A stretch of 64,000 nucleotides of DNA from assembly GCA_964016885.1 (NCBI GenBank), contig OZ024744.1:104470001-104534000 (forward strand), written 5' to 3'. Position numbers and translations under genes: made by a program. Source of the stretch: Eledone cirrhosa (Eukaryota). The notes below the pieces were generated by a model. It did no database searches. It was not told where the DNA came from and saw only the letters and a program-made list of their open reading frames with translations. Each line of letters starts with the position of its first letter. The first letter of the stretch is position 1. Of this stretch, positions 1 through 18,000 are shown piece after piece.

Positions 1-3000
1 ACCATGTCACAATATCTCACTCTATATCATGTCATAATATTGATATCTCACTCTATACCATGTTATAATATCTCACTGTATAACATGTCACAACATTAAT
101 ATCTCACTGTATAACATGTGACAATATCAATATCTCACTCTATATCATGTCATAGTATTGATACCTCACTCCATACCATGTTATAATATCTCACTCTATA
201 ACATGTCACAATATTAATATCTCACTGTATAACATGCTACAGTATTAACATCTTACTCCATAGCATGTCACAATATTAATATCTTACTGTATAACATGTC
301 ACAATATCTCACTCTATATCATGTCACAATATTGATATCTCACTCTATACCATGTCACAATATCTCACTTTATACCATGCCACAATATCTCACTCTATAC
401 CATGTCATATCTCACTCTATAACCTGTCACAATATCTCACTCTATACCATGTCACAATATCTCACTCTATAACATGTCATAATATCTCACTCTATACCAT
501 GTTATTATATCTCACTCTATCTCATGTCCCAATATCTCACTCTATACCATGTCACAATATCTCACTCTGTACCATGTCATTATATCTCACTCTATATCAT
601 ATCATAATATCTCACTCTATATTATGTCGTAATATCTCACTCTATATCATGTCACAATATTAATATCTCACTGTATAACATGCTACAATATTAACATCTT
701 ACTCTATAGCATGTCACAATATTAATATCTCACTGTATAACATGTTACAATATCTCACTCTATACCATGTCACAATATCTCACTCTATGCCATGTAATAA
801 TATCTCACTCTATATCATGTCACAATATCTCACTGTATAATATGTCATAATATCTCACTCTATACCATGTTACAATATCTCAATCTATACCATGTCACAA
901 TATTAATATCTCTCACCTTATAACATGTCACAATATATCACTCTATACCATCTCATAATATCTTACTCTATATCATGTCATAATATTGATATCTCACTCT
1001 ATACCATGTCATAAATTCTCCCTCTATACCAGGTCACAATATCTCACTCTATACCATGTCACAATATCTCACTCTATACCATGTCATATCTCACTCTATA
1101 AAATGTCATAATATCTCACTCTATACCATGTCACAATATCTCACTCTATACCATTTCACAATATCTCACTCTATATCAAGTCACAATATCACTCTATACC
1201 ATGTTACAATATCACTCTATACCATGTTACAATATCTCACTCTATACCATGTCATAATATCTCACTCTATATCCTGTCACAATATCTCTCTCTATAACAT
1301 GCCACAATATCTCACTCTATACGATGTCACAATATCTCACTCTATGCTATGTAATAATATTTCACTCTATACCATATCACAATATCTCACTCTATACCAT
1401 GTCACAATATCTCACTCTATATCATGTCACAATGTCTCACTCTACATCATGTCACAATATCTCACTGTATAACATTTCACAATATTAATATCTAACTGTA
1501 AAACATGTCACAATATTAATATCTCACTGTATAACATGTGACAATAATAATATCTCACTCTATACCATCTCACAATATCGCACTCTATACCATGTCATAT
1601 CTCACTCTATAAAATGTCATAATATCTCACTCTATACCATTTCACAATATCTCACTCTATATCAAGTCACAATATCACTCTATACCATGTTACAATATCT
1701 CAATCTATACCATGTCATAATATCTCACTCTATATCCTGTCACAATATCTCTCTCTATAACATGCCACAATGTCTCACTCTATACCATGTCACAATATCT
1801 CACTCTATGCTATGTAATAATATCTCACTCTATACCATGTCACAATATCTCACTCTATACCATGTCACAATATCTCACTCTATATCATGTCACAATGTCT
1901 CACTCTATATCCTGTCACAATATCTCACTGTATAACATTTCACAATATTAATATCTAACTGTAAAACATGTCACAATATTAATATCTCACTGTATAACAT
2001 GTGACAATACTAATATCTCACTCTATACCATGTCACAATATCTCACTCTATACCATGTCATATCTCACTCTATAAAATGTCATAATATCTCACTCTATAC
2101 CATGTCACAATATCTCACTCTATACCATTTCACAATATCTCACTCTATATCAAGGTACAACATCACTCTATACCATGGTACAATATCTCACTCTATACCA
2201 TGTCATAATATCTCACTCTATATCCTGTCACAATATCTCTCTCTATAACATGCCACAATGTCTCACTCTATACCATGTCACAATATCTCACTCTATGCTA
2301 TGTAATAATATCTCACTCTATACCATGTCACAATATCTCACTCTATACCATGTCACAATATCTCACTCTATATCATGTCACAATGTCTCACTCTATATCA
2401 TGTCACAATATCTCACTGTATAACATTTCACAATATTAATATGTAACTGTAAAACATGTCACAATATTAATATCTCACTGTAGAACATGTGACAATAATA
2501 ATATCTCACTCTATACCATGTCACAATATGTCACTCTGTAACAGGTCATAATATCTCACTCTATAATATCTCCCTCTATATTATATCATATCTCACTCTA
2601 TACCATGTCACAATATCTCACTCTATACCATGTCATATCTCACTCTATAAAAAGTCATAATATCTCACTCTATACCAGGTCATAATATCTCATTCTATAC
2701 CATGTCAGAATATCTCACTCTATATCAAGTCACAATATCACTCTATACCATGTCACAATATCTCACTCTATACCATGTCATAATATCTCACTCTATATCC
2801 TGTCACAATATCTCAATCTATAACATGCCACAATGTCTCACTCTATACCATGTCACAATATCTCACTCTATGCTACGTAATAATATCTCACTCTATACCA
2901 TGTCACAATATCTCACTCTATACCATGTCATAATATTGATATCTCACTCTATACCATGTTATAATATCTCACTGTATAACATGTCACAATATTAATATCT

Positions 3001-6000
3001 CACTGTATAACATGTGACAATATCAATATCTCACTCTATATCATGTCATAGTATTGATACCTCACTCCATACCATGTTATAATATCTCACTCTATAACAT
3101 GTCACAATATTAATATCTCACTGTATAACATGCTACAGTATTAACATCTTACTCCATAGCATGTCACAATATTAATATCTCACTGTATAACATGTCACAA
3201 TATCTCACTCTATATCATGTCACAATATTGATATCTCACTCTATACCATGTCACAATATCTCACTTTATACCATGCCACAATATCTGACTCTATACCATG
3301 TCATATCTCACTCTATAACCTGTCACAATATCTCACTCTATACCATGTCACAATATCTCACTCTATAACATGTCATAATATCTCACTCTATACCATGTTA
3401 TTATATCTCACTCTATCTCATGTCCCAATATCTCACTCTATACCATGTCACAATATCTCACTCTGTACCATGTCATTATATCTCACTCTATATCATATCA
3501 TAATATCTCACTCTATATTATGTCGTAATATCTCACTCTATATCATGTCACAATATTAATATCTCACTGTATAACATGCTACAATATTAACATCTTACTC
3601 TATAGCATGTCACAATATTAATATCTCACTGTATAACATGTTACAATATCTCACTCTATACCATGTCACAATATCTCACTCTATGCCATGTAATAATATC
3701 TCACTCTATATCATGTCACAATATCTCACTGTATAATATGTCATAATATCTCACTCTATACCATGTTACAATATCTCAATCTATACCATGTCACAATATT
3801 AATATCTCTCACCTTATAACATGTCACAATATATCACTCTATACCATGTCATAATATCTTACTCTATATCATGTCATAATATTGATATCTCACTCTATAC
3901 CATGTCATAAATTCTCCCTCTATACCAGGTCACAATATCTCACTCTATACCATGTCACAATATCTCACTCTATACCATGTCATATCTCACTCTATAAAAT
4001 GTCATAATATCTCACTCTATACCATGTCACAATATCTCACTCTATACCATTTCACAATATCTCACTCTATATCAAGTCACAATATCACTCTATACCATGT
4101 TACAATATCACTCTATACCATGTTACAATATCTCACTCTATACCATGTCATAATATCTCACTCTATATCCTGTCACAATATTTCTCTCTATAACATGCCA
4201 CAATATCTCACTCTATACGATGTCACAATATCTCACTCTATGCTATGTAATAATATTTCACTCTATACCATGTCACAATATCTCACTCTATACCATGTCA
4301 CAATATCTCACTCTATATCATGTCACAATGTCTCACTCTACATCATGTCACAATATCTCACTGTATAACATTTCACAATATTAATATCTAACTGTAAAAC
4401 ATGTCACAATATTAATATCTCACTGTATAACATGTGACAATAATAATATCTCACTCTATACCATCTCACAATATCTCACTCTATACCATGTCATATCTCA
4501 CTCTATAAAATGTCATAATATCTCACTCTATACCATTTCACAATATCTCACTCTATATCAAGTCACAATATCACTCTATACCATGTTACAATATCTCAAT
4601 CTATACCATGTCATAATATCTCACTCTATATCCTGTCACAATATCTCTCTCTATAACATGCCACAATGTCTCACTCTATACCATGTCACAATATCTCACT
4701 CTATGCTATGTAATAATATCTCACTCTATACCATGTCACAATATCTCACTCTATACCATGTCACAATATCTCACTCTATATCATGTCACAATGTCTCACT
4801 CTATATCCTGTCACAATATCTCACTGTATAACATTTCACAATATTAATATCTAACTGTAAAACATGTCACAATATTAATATCTCACTATATAACATGTGA
4901 CAATACTAACATCTCACTCTATACCATGTCACAATATCTCACTCTATACCATGTCATATCTCACTCTATAAAATGTCATAATATCTCACTCTATACCATG
5001 TCACAATATCTCACTCTATACCATTTCACAATATCTCACTCTATATCAAGGTACAACATCACTCTATACCATGGTACAATATCTCACTCTATACCATGTC
5101 ATAATATCTCACTCTATATCCTGTCACAATATCTCTCTCTATAACATGCCACAATGTCTCACTCTATACCATGTCGCAATATCTCACTCTATGCTATGTA
5201 ATAATATCTCACTCTATACCATGTCACAATATCTCACTCTATACCATGTCACAATATCTCACTCTATGCTATGTAATAATATCTCACTCTATACCATGTC
5301 ACAATATCTCACTCTATACCATGTCACAATGTCTCACTCTATATCATGTCACAATATCTCACTGTATAACATTTTACAATATTAATATCTAACTGTAAAA
5401 CATGTCACAATATTAATATCTCACTGTAGAACATGTGACAATAATAATATCTCACTCTATACCATGTCACAATATGTCACTCTGTAACAGGTCATAATAT
5501 CTCAGTCTATAATATCTCCCTCTATATTATATCATATCTCACTCTATACCATGTCACAATATCTCACTCTATACCATGTCATATCTCACTCTATAAAAAG
5601 TCATAATATCTCACTCTATACCAGGTCATAATATCTCACTCTATACCATGTCAGAATATCTCACTCTATATCAAGTCAAAATACCACTCTATACCATGTC
5701 ACAATATCTCACTCTATACCATGTCATAATATCTCACTCTATATCCTGTCACAATATCTCACTCTATAACATGCCACAATGTCTCACTCTATACCATGTC
5801 ACAATATCTCACTCTATGCTACGTAATAATATCTCACTCTATACCATGTCACAATATCTCACTCTATACCATGTCACAATATCTCACTCTATATCATGTC
5901 ATAATATTGATATCTCACTCTATACCATGTTATAATATCTCACTGTATAACATGTCACAATATTAATATCTCACTGTATAACATGTGACAATATCAATAT

Positions 6001-9000
6001 CTCACTCTATATCATGTCATAGTATTGATACCTCACTCCATACCATGTTATAATATCTCACTCTATAACATGTCACAATATTAATATCTCACTGTATAAC
6101 ATGCTACAGTATTAACATCTTACTCCATAGCATGTCACAATATTAATATCTCACTGTATAACATGTCACAATATCTCACTCTATATCATGTCACAATATT
6201 GATATCTCACTCTATACCATGTCACAATATCTCACTTTATACCATGCCACAATATCTCACTCTATACCATGTCATATCTCACTCTATAACCTGTCATAAT
6301 ATCTCACTCTATACCATGTCACAATATCTCTCTCTATAACATGTCATAATATCTCACTCTATACCATGTTATAATATCTCACTCTATCTCATGTCCCAAT
6401 ATCTCACTCTATACCATGTCACAATATCTCACTCTGTACCATGTCATTATATCTCACTCTATATCATATCATAATATCTCACTCTATATTATGTCGTAAT
6501 ATCTCACTCTATATCATGTCACAATATTAATATCTCACTGTATAACATGCTACAATATTAACATCTTACTCTATAGCATCTCACAATATTAATATCTCAC
6601 TGTATAACATGTTACAATATCTCACTCTATACCATGTCACAATATCTCACTCTATGCCATGTAATAATATCTCACTCTATATCATGTCACAATATCTCAC
6701 TGTATAATGTCATAATATCTCACTCTATACCATGTTACAATATCTCAATCTATACCATGTCACAATATTAATATCTCTCACCTTATAACATGTCACAATA
6801 TATCACTCTATACCATGTCATAATATCTTACTCTATATCATGTCATAATATTGATATCTCACTCTATACCATGTCATAATTTCTCACTCTATACCAGGTC
6901 ACAATATCTCACTCTATACCATGTCACAATATCTCACTCTATACCATGTCATATCTCACTCTATAAAATGTCATAATATCTCACTCTATACCATGTCACA
7001 ATATCTCACTCTATACCATTTCACAATATCTCACTCTATATCAAGTCACAATATCACTCTATACCATGTTACAATATCTCACTCTATACCATGTTATAAT
7101 ATCTCACTCTATATCCTATCACAATATCTCTCTCTATAACATGCCACAATATCTCACTCTATACGATGTCACAATATCTCACTCTATGCTATGTAATAAT
7201 ATTTCACTCTATACCATGTCACAATATCTCACTCTATACCATGTCACAATATCTCACTCTATATCATGTCACAATGTCTCACTCTATATCATGTCACAAT
7301 ATCTCACTGTATAACATTTCACAATATTAATATCTAACTGTAAAACATGTCACAATATTAATATCTCACTGTATAACATGTGACAATAATAATATCTCAC
7401 TCTATACCATCTCACAATATCTCACTCTATACCATGTCATATCTCACTCTATAAAATGTCATAATATCTCACTCTATACCATTTCACAACATCTCACTCT
7501 ATATCAAGTCACAATATCACTCTATACCATGTTACAATATCTCACTCTATACCATGTCATAATATCTCACTCTATATCCTGTCACAATATCTCTCTCTAT
7601 AACATGCCACAATGTCTCACTCTATACCATGTCACAATATCTCACTCTATACCATGTCACAATATCTCACTCTATATCATGTCACAATGTCTCACTCTAT
7701 ATCATGTCACAATATCTCACTGTATAACATTTCACAATATTAATATCTAACTGTAAAACATATCACAATATTAATATCTCACTGTATAACATGTGACAAT
7801 AATAATATCTCAGTCTATACCATGTCACAATATCTCACTCTATACCATGTCATATCTCACTCTATAAAATGTCATAATATCTCACTCTATACCATGTCAC
7901 AATATCTCAATCTATACCATTTCACAATATCTCACTCTATATCAAGGTACAACATCACTCTATACCATGTTACAATATCTCACTCTATACCATGTCATAA
8001 TATCTCACTCTATATCCTGTCACAATATCTCTCTCTATAACATGCCACAATGTCTCACTCTATACCATGTCACAATATCTCACTCTATGCTGTGTAATAA
8101 TATCTCACTCTATACCATGTCACAATATCTCACTCTATACCATGTCACAATATCTCACTCTATATTATGTCACAATGTCTCACTCTATATCATGTCACAA
8201 TATCTCACTGTATAACATTTCACAATATTAATATCTAACTGTAAAACATGTCACAATATTAATATCTCACTGTAGAACATGTGACAATAATAATATCTCA
8301 CTCTATACCATGTCACAATATCTCACTCTGTAACAGGTCATAATATCTCACTCTATAATATCTCCCTCTATATTATATCATATCTCACTCTATACCATGT
8401 CACAATATCTCACTCTATACCATGTCACAATATCTCACTCTATACCATGTCATATCTCACTCTATAAAATGTCATAATATCTCACTCTATACCATGTCAT
8501 AATATCTCACTCTATACCATGTCAGAATATCTCACTCTATATCAAGTCACAATATCACTCTATACCATGTCACAATATCTCACTCTATACCATGTCATAA
8601 TATCTCACTCTATATCCTGTCACAATATCTCACTCTATAACATGCCACAATGTCTCACTCTATACCATGTCACAATATCTCACTCTATGCTACGTAATAA
8701 TATCTCACTCTATACCATGTCACAATATCTCACTCTATACCATGTCACAATATCTCACTCTATATCATGTCATAATATTGATATCTCAGTCTATACCATG
8801 TTATAATATCTCACTGTATAACATGTCACAATATTAATATCTCACTGTATAACATGTGACAATATCAATATCTCACTCTATATCATGTCATAGTATTGAT
8901 ACCTCACTCCATACCATGTTATAATATCTCACTCTATAACATGTCACAATATTAATATCTCACTGTATAACATGCTTCAGTATTAACATCTTACTCCATA

Positions 9001-12000
9001 GCATGTCACAATATTAATATCTCACTGTATAACATGTCACAATATCTCACTCTATATCATGTCACAATATTGATATCTCACTCTATACCATGTCACAATA
9101 TCTCACTTTATACCATGCCACAATATCTCACTCTATACCATGTCATATCTCACTCTATAACCTGTCATAATATCTCACTCTATACCATGTCACAATATCT
9201 CTCTCTATAACATGTCATAATATCTCACTCTATACCATGTTATAATATCTCACTCTATCTCATGTCCCAATATCTCACTCTATACCATGTCACAATATCT
9301 CACTCTGTACCATGTCATTATATCTCACTCTATATCATATCATAATATCTCACTCTATATTATGTCGTAATATCTCACTCTATATCATGTCACAATATTA
9401 ATATCTCACTGTATAACATGCTACAATATTAACATCTTACTCTATAGCATGTCACAATATTAATATCTCAATGTATAACATGTTACAATATCTCACTCTA
9501 TACCATGTCACAATATCTCACTCTATGCCATGTAATAATATCTCACTCTATATCATGTCATAATATCTCACTGTATAATGTCATAATATCTCACTCTATA
9601 CCATGTTACAATATCTCAATCTATACCATGTCACAATATTAATATCTCTCACCTTATAACATGTCACAATATATCACTCTATACCATGTCATAATATCTT
9701 ACTCTATATCATGTCATAATATTGATATCTCACTCTATACCATGTCATAATTTCTCACTCTATACCAGGTCACAATATCTCACTCTATACCATGTCACAA
9801 TATCTCACTCTATACCATGTCATATCTTACTCTATAAAATGTCATAATATCTCACTCTATACCATGTCACAATATCTCACTCTATACCATTTCACAATAT
9901 CTCACTCTATATCAAGTCACAATATCACTCTATACCATGTTACAATATCTCACTCTATACCATGTCATAATATCTCACTCTATATCCTGTCACAATATCT
10001 CTCTCTATAACATGCCACAATATCTCACTCTATACGATGTCACAATATCTCACTCTATGCTATGTAATAATATTTCACTCTATACCATGTCACAATATCT
10101 CACTCTATACCATGTCACAATATCTCACTCTATATCATGTCACAATGTCTCACTCTATATCATGTCACAATATCTCACTGTATAACATTTCACAATATTA
10201 ATATCTAACTGTAAAACATGTCACAATATTAATATCTCACTGTATAACATGTGACAATAATAATATCTCACTCTATACCATGTCACAATATCTCACTCTA
10301 TACCATGTCATATCTCACTCTATAAAATGTCATAATATCTCACTCTATACCATGTCACAATATCTCAATCTATACCATTTCACAATATCTCACTCTATAT
10401 CAAGGTACAACATCACTCTATACCATGTTACAATATCTCACTCTATACCATGTCATAATATCTCACTCTATATCCTGTCACAATATCTCTCTCTATAACA
10501 TTCCACAATGTCTCACTCTATACTATGTCACAATATCTCACTCTATGCTGTGTAATAATATCTCACTCTATACCATGTCACAATATCTCACTCTATACCA
10601 TGTCACAATATCTCACTCTATATCATGTCACAATGTCTCACTCTATATCATGTCACAATATCTCACTGTATAACATTTCACAATATTAATATCTAACTGT
10701 AAAACATGTCACAATATTAATATCTCACTGTAGAACATGTGACAATAAGAATATCTCACTCTATACCATGTCACAATATCTCACTCTGTAACAGGTCATA
10801 ATATCTCACTCTATAATATCTCCCTCTATATTATATCATATCTCACTCTATACCATGTCACAATATCTCACTCTATACCATGTCAAAATATCTCACTCTA
10901 TACCATGTCATATCTCACTCTATAAAATGTCATAATATCTCACTCTATACCATGTCACAATATCTCACTCTATACCATGTCATAATATCTCACTCTATAT
11001 CCTGTCACAATATCTCACTCTATAACATGCCACAATGTCTCACTCTATACCATGTCACAATATCTCACTCTATGCTACGTAATAATATCTCACTCTATAC
11101 CATGTCACAATATCTCACTCTATACCATGTCACAATATCTCACTCTATATCATGTCATAATATTGATATCTCAGTCTATACCATGTTATAATATCTCACT
11201 GTATAACATGTCACAATATTAATATCTCACTGTATAACATGTGACAATATCAATATCTCACTCTATATCATGTCATAATATTGATACCTCACTCCATACC
11301 ATGTTATAATATCTCACTCTATAACATGTCACAATATTAATATCTCACTGTATAACATGCTACAGTATTAACATCTTACTCCATAGCATGTCACGATATT
11401 AATATCTCACTGTATAACATGTCACAATATCTCACTCTATATCATGTCACAATATTGATATCTCACTCTATACCATGTCACAATATCTCACTTTATACCA
11501 TGCCACAATATCTCACTCTATACCATGTCATATCTCACTCTATAACCTGTCACAATATCTCACTCTATACCATGTCACAATATCTCACTCTATAACATGT
11601 CATAATATCTCACTCTATACCATGTTATTATATCTCACTCTATCTCATGTCCCAATATCTCACTCTATACCATGTCACAATATCTCACTCTGTACCATGT
11701 CATTATATCTCACTCTATATCATATCATAATATCTCACTCTATATTATGTCGTAATATCTCACTCTATATCATGTCACAATATTAATATCTCACTGTATA
11801 ACATGCTACAATATTAACGTCTTACTCTATAGCATGTCACAATATTAATATCTCACTGTATAACATGTTACAATATCTCACTCTATATCATGTCACAATA
11901 TCTCACTCTATGCCATGTAATAATATCTCACTCTATATCATGTCACAATATCTCACTGTATAATATGTCATAATATCTCACTCTATACCATGTTACAATA

Positions 12001-15000
12001 TCTCAATCTATACCATGTCACAATATTAATATCTCTCACCTTATAACATGTCACAATATATCACTCTATACCATGTCATAATATCTTACTCTATATAATG
12101 TCATAATATTGATATCTCACTCTATACCATGTCATAATTTCTCACTCTATGCCATGTCACAATATCTCACTCTATACCATGTCACAATATCTCACTCTAT
12201 ACCATGTCATATCTCACTCTATAAAATGTCATAATATCTCACTCTATACCATGTCACAATATCTCACTCTATATCAAGTCACAATATCACTCTATACCAT
12301 GTTACAATATCTCACTCTATACCATGTCATAATATCTCACTCTATATCCTGTCACAATATCTCTCTATAACATGCCACAATGTCTCACTCTATACAATGT
12401 CACAATATCTCACTCTATGCTATGTAATAATATTTCACTCCATACCATGTCACAATATCTCACTCTATACCATGTCACAATATCTCACTCTATATCATGT
12501 CACAATATCTCACTCTATATCATGTCACAATATCTCACTGTATAACATTTCACAGTATTAATATCTAACTGTAAAACATGTCACAATATTAATATCTCAC
12601 TTTATAACATGTGACAATAATAATATCTCACTCTATACCATCTCACAATATCTCACTCTATACCATGTCATATCTCACTCTATAAAATGTCATAATATCT
12701 CACTCTATACCATTTCACAATATCTCACTCTATATCAAGTCACAATATCACTCTATACCATGTTACAATATCTCACTCTATACCATGTCATAATATCTCA
12801 CTCTATATCCTGTCACAATATCTCTCTCTATAACATGCCACAATGTCTCACTCTATACCATGTTACAATATCTCACTCTATGCTATGTAATAATATCTCA
12901 CTCTATACCATGTCACAATATCTCACTCTATACCATGTCACAATATCTCACTCTATATCATGTCACAATGTCTCACTCTATATCATGTCACAATATCTCA
13001 CTGTATAACATTTCACAATATTAATATCTAACTGTAAAACATGTCACAATATTAATATCTCACTGTATAACATGTGACAATAATAATATCTCACTCTATA
13101 CCATGTCACAATATCTCACTCTATACCATGTCATATCTCACTCTATAAAATGTCATAATATCTCACTCTATACCATGTCACAATATCTCACTCTATACCA
13201 TGTCACAATATCTCACTCTATATCATGTCATAATATTGATATCTCAGTCTATACCATGTTATAATATCTCACTGTATAACATGTCACAATATTAATACCT
13301 CACTGTATAACATGTTACAATATCAATATCTCACTCTATATCATGTCATAATATTGATACCTCACTCCATACCATGTTATAATATCTCACTCTATAACAT
13401 GTCACAATATTAATATCTCACTGTATAACATGCTACAGTATTAACATCTTACTCCATAGCATGTCACGATATTAATATCTCACTGTATAACATGTCACAA
13501 TATCTCACTCTATATCATGTCACAATATTGATATCTCACTCTATACCATGTCACAATATCTCACTTTATACCATGCCACAATATCTCACTCTATACCATG
13601 TCATATCTCACTCTATAACCTGTCACAATATCTCACTCTATACCATGTCACAATATCTCACTCTATAACATGTCATAATATCTCACTCTATACCATGTTA
13701 TTATATCTCACTCTATCTCATGTCCCAATATCTCACTCTATACCATGTCACAATATCTCACTCTGTACCATGTCATTATATCTCACTCTATATCATATCA
13801 TAATATCTCACTCTATATTATGTCGTAATATCTCACTCTATATCATGTCACAATATTAATATCTCACTGTATAACATGCTACAATATTAACATCTTACTC
13901 TATAGCATGTCACAATATTAATATCTCACTGTATAACATGTTACAATATCTCACTCTATACCATGTCACAATATCTCACTCTATGCCATGTAATAATATC
14001 TCACTCTATATCATGTCACAATATCTCACTGTATAATATGTCATAATATCTCACTCTATACCATGTTACAATATCTCATTCTATACCATGTCACAATATT
14101 AATATCTCTCACCTTATAACATGTCACAATATATCACTCTATACCATGTCATAATATCTTACTCTATATAATGTCATAATATTGATATCTCACTCTATAC
14201 CATGTCATAATTTCTCACTCTATGCCATGTCACAATATCTCACTCTATACCATGTCACAATATCTCACTCTATACCATGTCATATCTCACTCTATAAAAT
14301 GTCATAATATCTCACTCTATACCATGTCACAATATCTCACTCTATATCAAGTCACAATATCACTCTATACCATGTTACAATATCTCACTCTATACCATGT
14401 CATAATATCTCACTCTATATCCTGTCACAATATCTCTCTCTATAACATGCCACAATGTCTCACTCTATACAATGTCACAATATCTCACTCTATGCTATGT
14501 AATAATATTTCACTCCATACCATGTCACAATATCTCACTCTATACCATGTCACAATATCTCACTCTATATCATGTCACAATATCTCACTCTATATCATGT
14601 CACAATATCTCACTGTATAACATTTCACAATATTAATATCTAACTGTAAAACATGTCACAATATTAATATCTCACTTTATAACATGTGACAATAATAATA
14701 TCTCACTCTATACCATCTCACAATATCTCACTCTATACCATGTCATATCTCACTCTATAAAATGTCATAATATCTCACTCTATACCATTTCACAATATCT
14801 CACTCTATATCAAGTCACAATATCACTCTATACCATGTTACAATATCTCACTCTATACCATGTCATAATATCTCACTCTATATCCTGTCACAATATCTCT
14901 CTCTATAACATGCCACAATGTCTCACTCTATACCATGTTACAATATCTCACTCTATGCTATGTAATAATATCTCACTCTATACCATGTCACAATATCTCA

Positions 15001-18000
15001 CTCTATACCATGTCACAATATCTCACTCTATATCATGTCACAATGTCTCACTCTATATCATGTCACAATATCTCACTGTATAACATTTCACGATATTAAT
15101 ATCTAACTGTAAAACATGTCACAATATTAATATCTCACTGTATAACATGTGACAATAATAATATCTCACTCTATACCATGTCACAATATCTCACTCTATA
15201 CCATGTCATATCTCACTCTATAAAATGTCATAATATCTCACTCTATACCATGTCACAATATCTCACTCTATACCATTTCACAATATCTCACTCTATATCA
15301 AGGTACAACATCACTCTATACCATGTTACAATATCTCACTCTATACCATGTCATAATATCTCACTCTATATCCTGTCACAATATCTCTCTCTATAACATG
15401 CCACAATGTCTCACTCTATACCATGTCACAATATCTCACTCTATGCTATGTAATAATATCTCACTCTATACCATGTCATAATATCTCACTCTATATCATG
15501 TCACAATGTCTCACTCTATATCATGTCACAATATCTCACTGTATAACATTTCACAATATTAATATCTAACTGTAAAACATGTCTCAATATTAATATCTCA
15601 CTGTAGAACATGTGACAATAATAATATCTCACTCTATACCATGTCACAATATGTCACTCTGTAACAGGTCATAATATCTCACTCTATAATATCTCCCTCT
15701 ATATTATATCATATCTCACTCTATACCATGTCACAATATCTCACTCTATACCATGTCATATCTCACTCTATAAAATGTCATAATATCTCACTCTATACCA
15801 TGTCATAATATCTCACTCTATACCATGTCAGAATATCTCACTCTATATCAAGTTACAATATCACTCTATACCATGTCACAATATCTCACTTTATACCATG
15901 TCATAATATCTCACTCTATATCCTGTCACAATATCTCACTCTATAACATGCCACAATGTCTCACTCTATACCATGTCACAATATCTCACTCTATGCTACG
16001 TAATAATATCTCACTCTATACCATGTCACAATATCTCACTCTATACCATGTCACAATATCTCACTCTATATCATGTCATAATATTGATATCTCACTCTAT
16101 ACCATGTTATAATATCTCACTGTATAACATGTCACAATATTAATATCTCACTGTATAACATGTGACAATATCAATATCTCACTCTATATCATGTCATAGT
16201 ATTGATACCTCACTCCATACCATGTTATAATATCTCACTCTATAACATGTCACAATATTAATATCTCACTGTATAACATGCTACAGTATTAACATCTTAC
16301 TCCATAGCATGTCACAATATTAATATCTCACTGTATAACATGTCACAATATCTCACTCTATATCATGTCACAATATTGATATCTCACTCTATACCATGTC
16401 ACAATATCTCACTTTATACCATGCCACAATATCTCACTCTATACCATGTCATATCTCACTCTATAACCTGTCACAATATCTCACTCTATCTCATGTCCCA
16501 ATATCTCACTCTATACCATGTCACAATATCTCACTCTGTACCATGTCATTATATCTCACTCTATATCATATCATAATATCTCACTCTATATTATGTCGTA
16601 ATATCTCACTCTATATCATGTCACAATATTAATATCTCACTGTATAACATGCTACAATATTAACATCTTACTCTATAGCATGTCACAATATTAATATCTC
16701 ACTGTATAACATGTTACAATATCTCACTCTATACCATGTCACAATATCTCACTCTATGCCATGTAATAATATCTCACTCTATATCATGTCACAATATCTC
16801 ACTGTATAATATGTCATAATATCTCACTATATACCATGTCACAATATATCACTCTATACCATGTCATAATATCTTACTCTATATCATGTCATAATATTGA
16901 TATCTCACTCTATACCATGTCATAATTTCTCACTCTATACCAGGTCACAATATCTCACTCTATACCATGTCACAATATCTCACTCTATACCATGTCATAT
17001 CTCACTCTATAAAATGTCATAATATCTCACTCTATACCATGTCACAATATCTCACTCTATACCATTTCACAATATCTCACTCTATATCAAGTCACAATAT
17101 CACTCTATACCATGTTACAATATCTCACTCTATACCATGTCATAATATCTCACTCTATATCCTGTCACAATATCTCTCTCTATAACATGCCACAATGTCT
17201 CACTCTATACCATGTCACAATATCTCACTCTATGCTATGTAATAATATCTCACTCTATACCATGTCACAATATCTCACTCTATACCATGTCACAATATCT
17301 CACTCTATATCATGTCACAATGTCTCACTCTATATCATGTCACAATATCTCACTGTATAACATTTCACAATATTAATATCTAACTGTAAAACATGTCACA
17401 ATATTAATATCTCACTGTATAACATGTGACAATAATAATATCTCACTCTATACCATGTCACAATATCTTACTCTATACCATGTCATATCTCAGTCTATAA
17501 AATGTCATAATATCTCACTCTATACCATGTCACAATATCTCACTCTATACCATGTCATATCTCACTCTATACCATGTCACAATATCTCACTCTATACCGT
17601 GTCACAATATCTCACTCTATATCATGTCACAATGTCTCACTCTATATCATGTTACAATATCTCACTGTATAACATTTCACAATATTAATATCTAACTGTA
17701 AAACATGTCACAATATTAATATCTCACTGTAGAACATGTGACAATAATAATATCTCACTCTATACCATGTCACAATATCTCACTCTGTAACAGGTCATAA
17801 TATCTCACTCTACACTATCTCCCTCTATATTATATCATATCTCACTCTATACCATGTCGCAATATCTCACTCTATACCATGTCACAATATCTCACTCTAT
17901 ACCATGTCATATCTCACTCTATAAAATGTCATAATATCTCACTCTATACCATGTCACAATATCTCACTCTATACCATGTCATAATATCTCACTTGATATC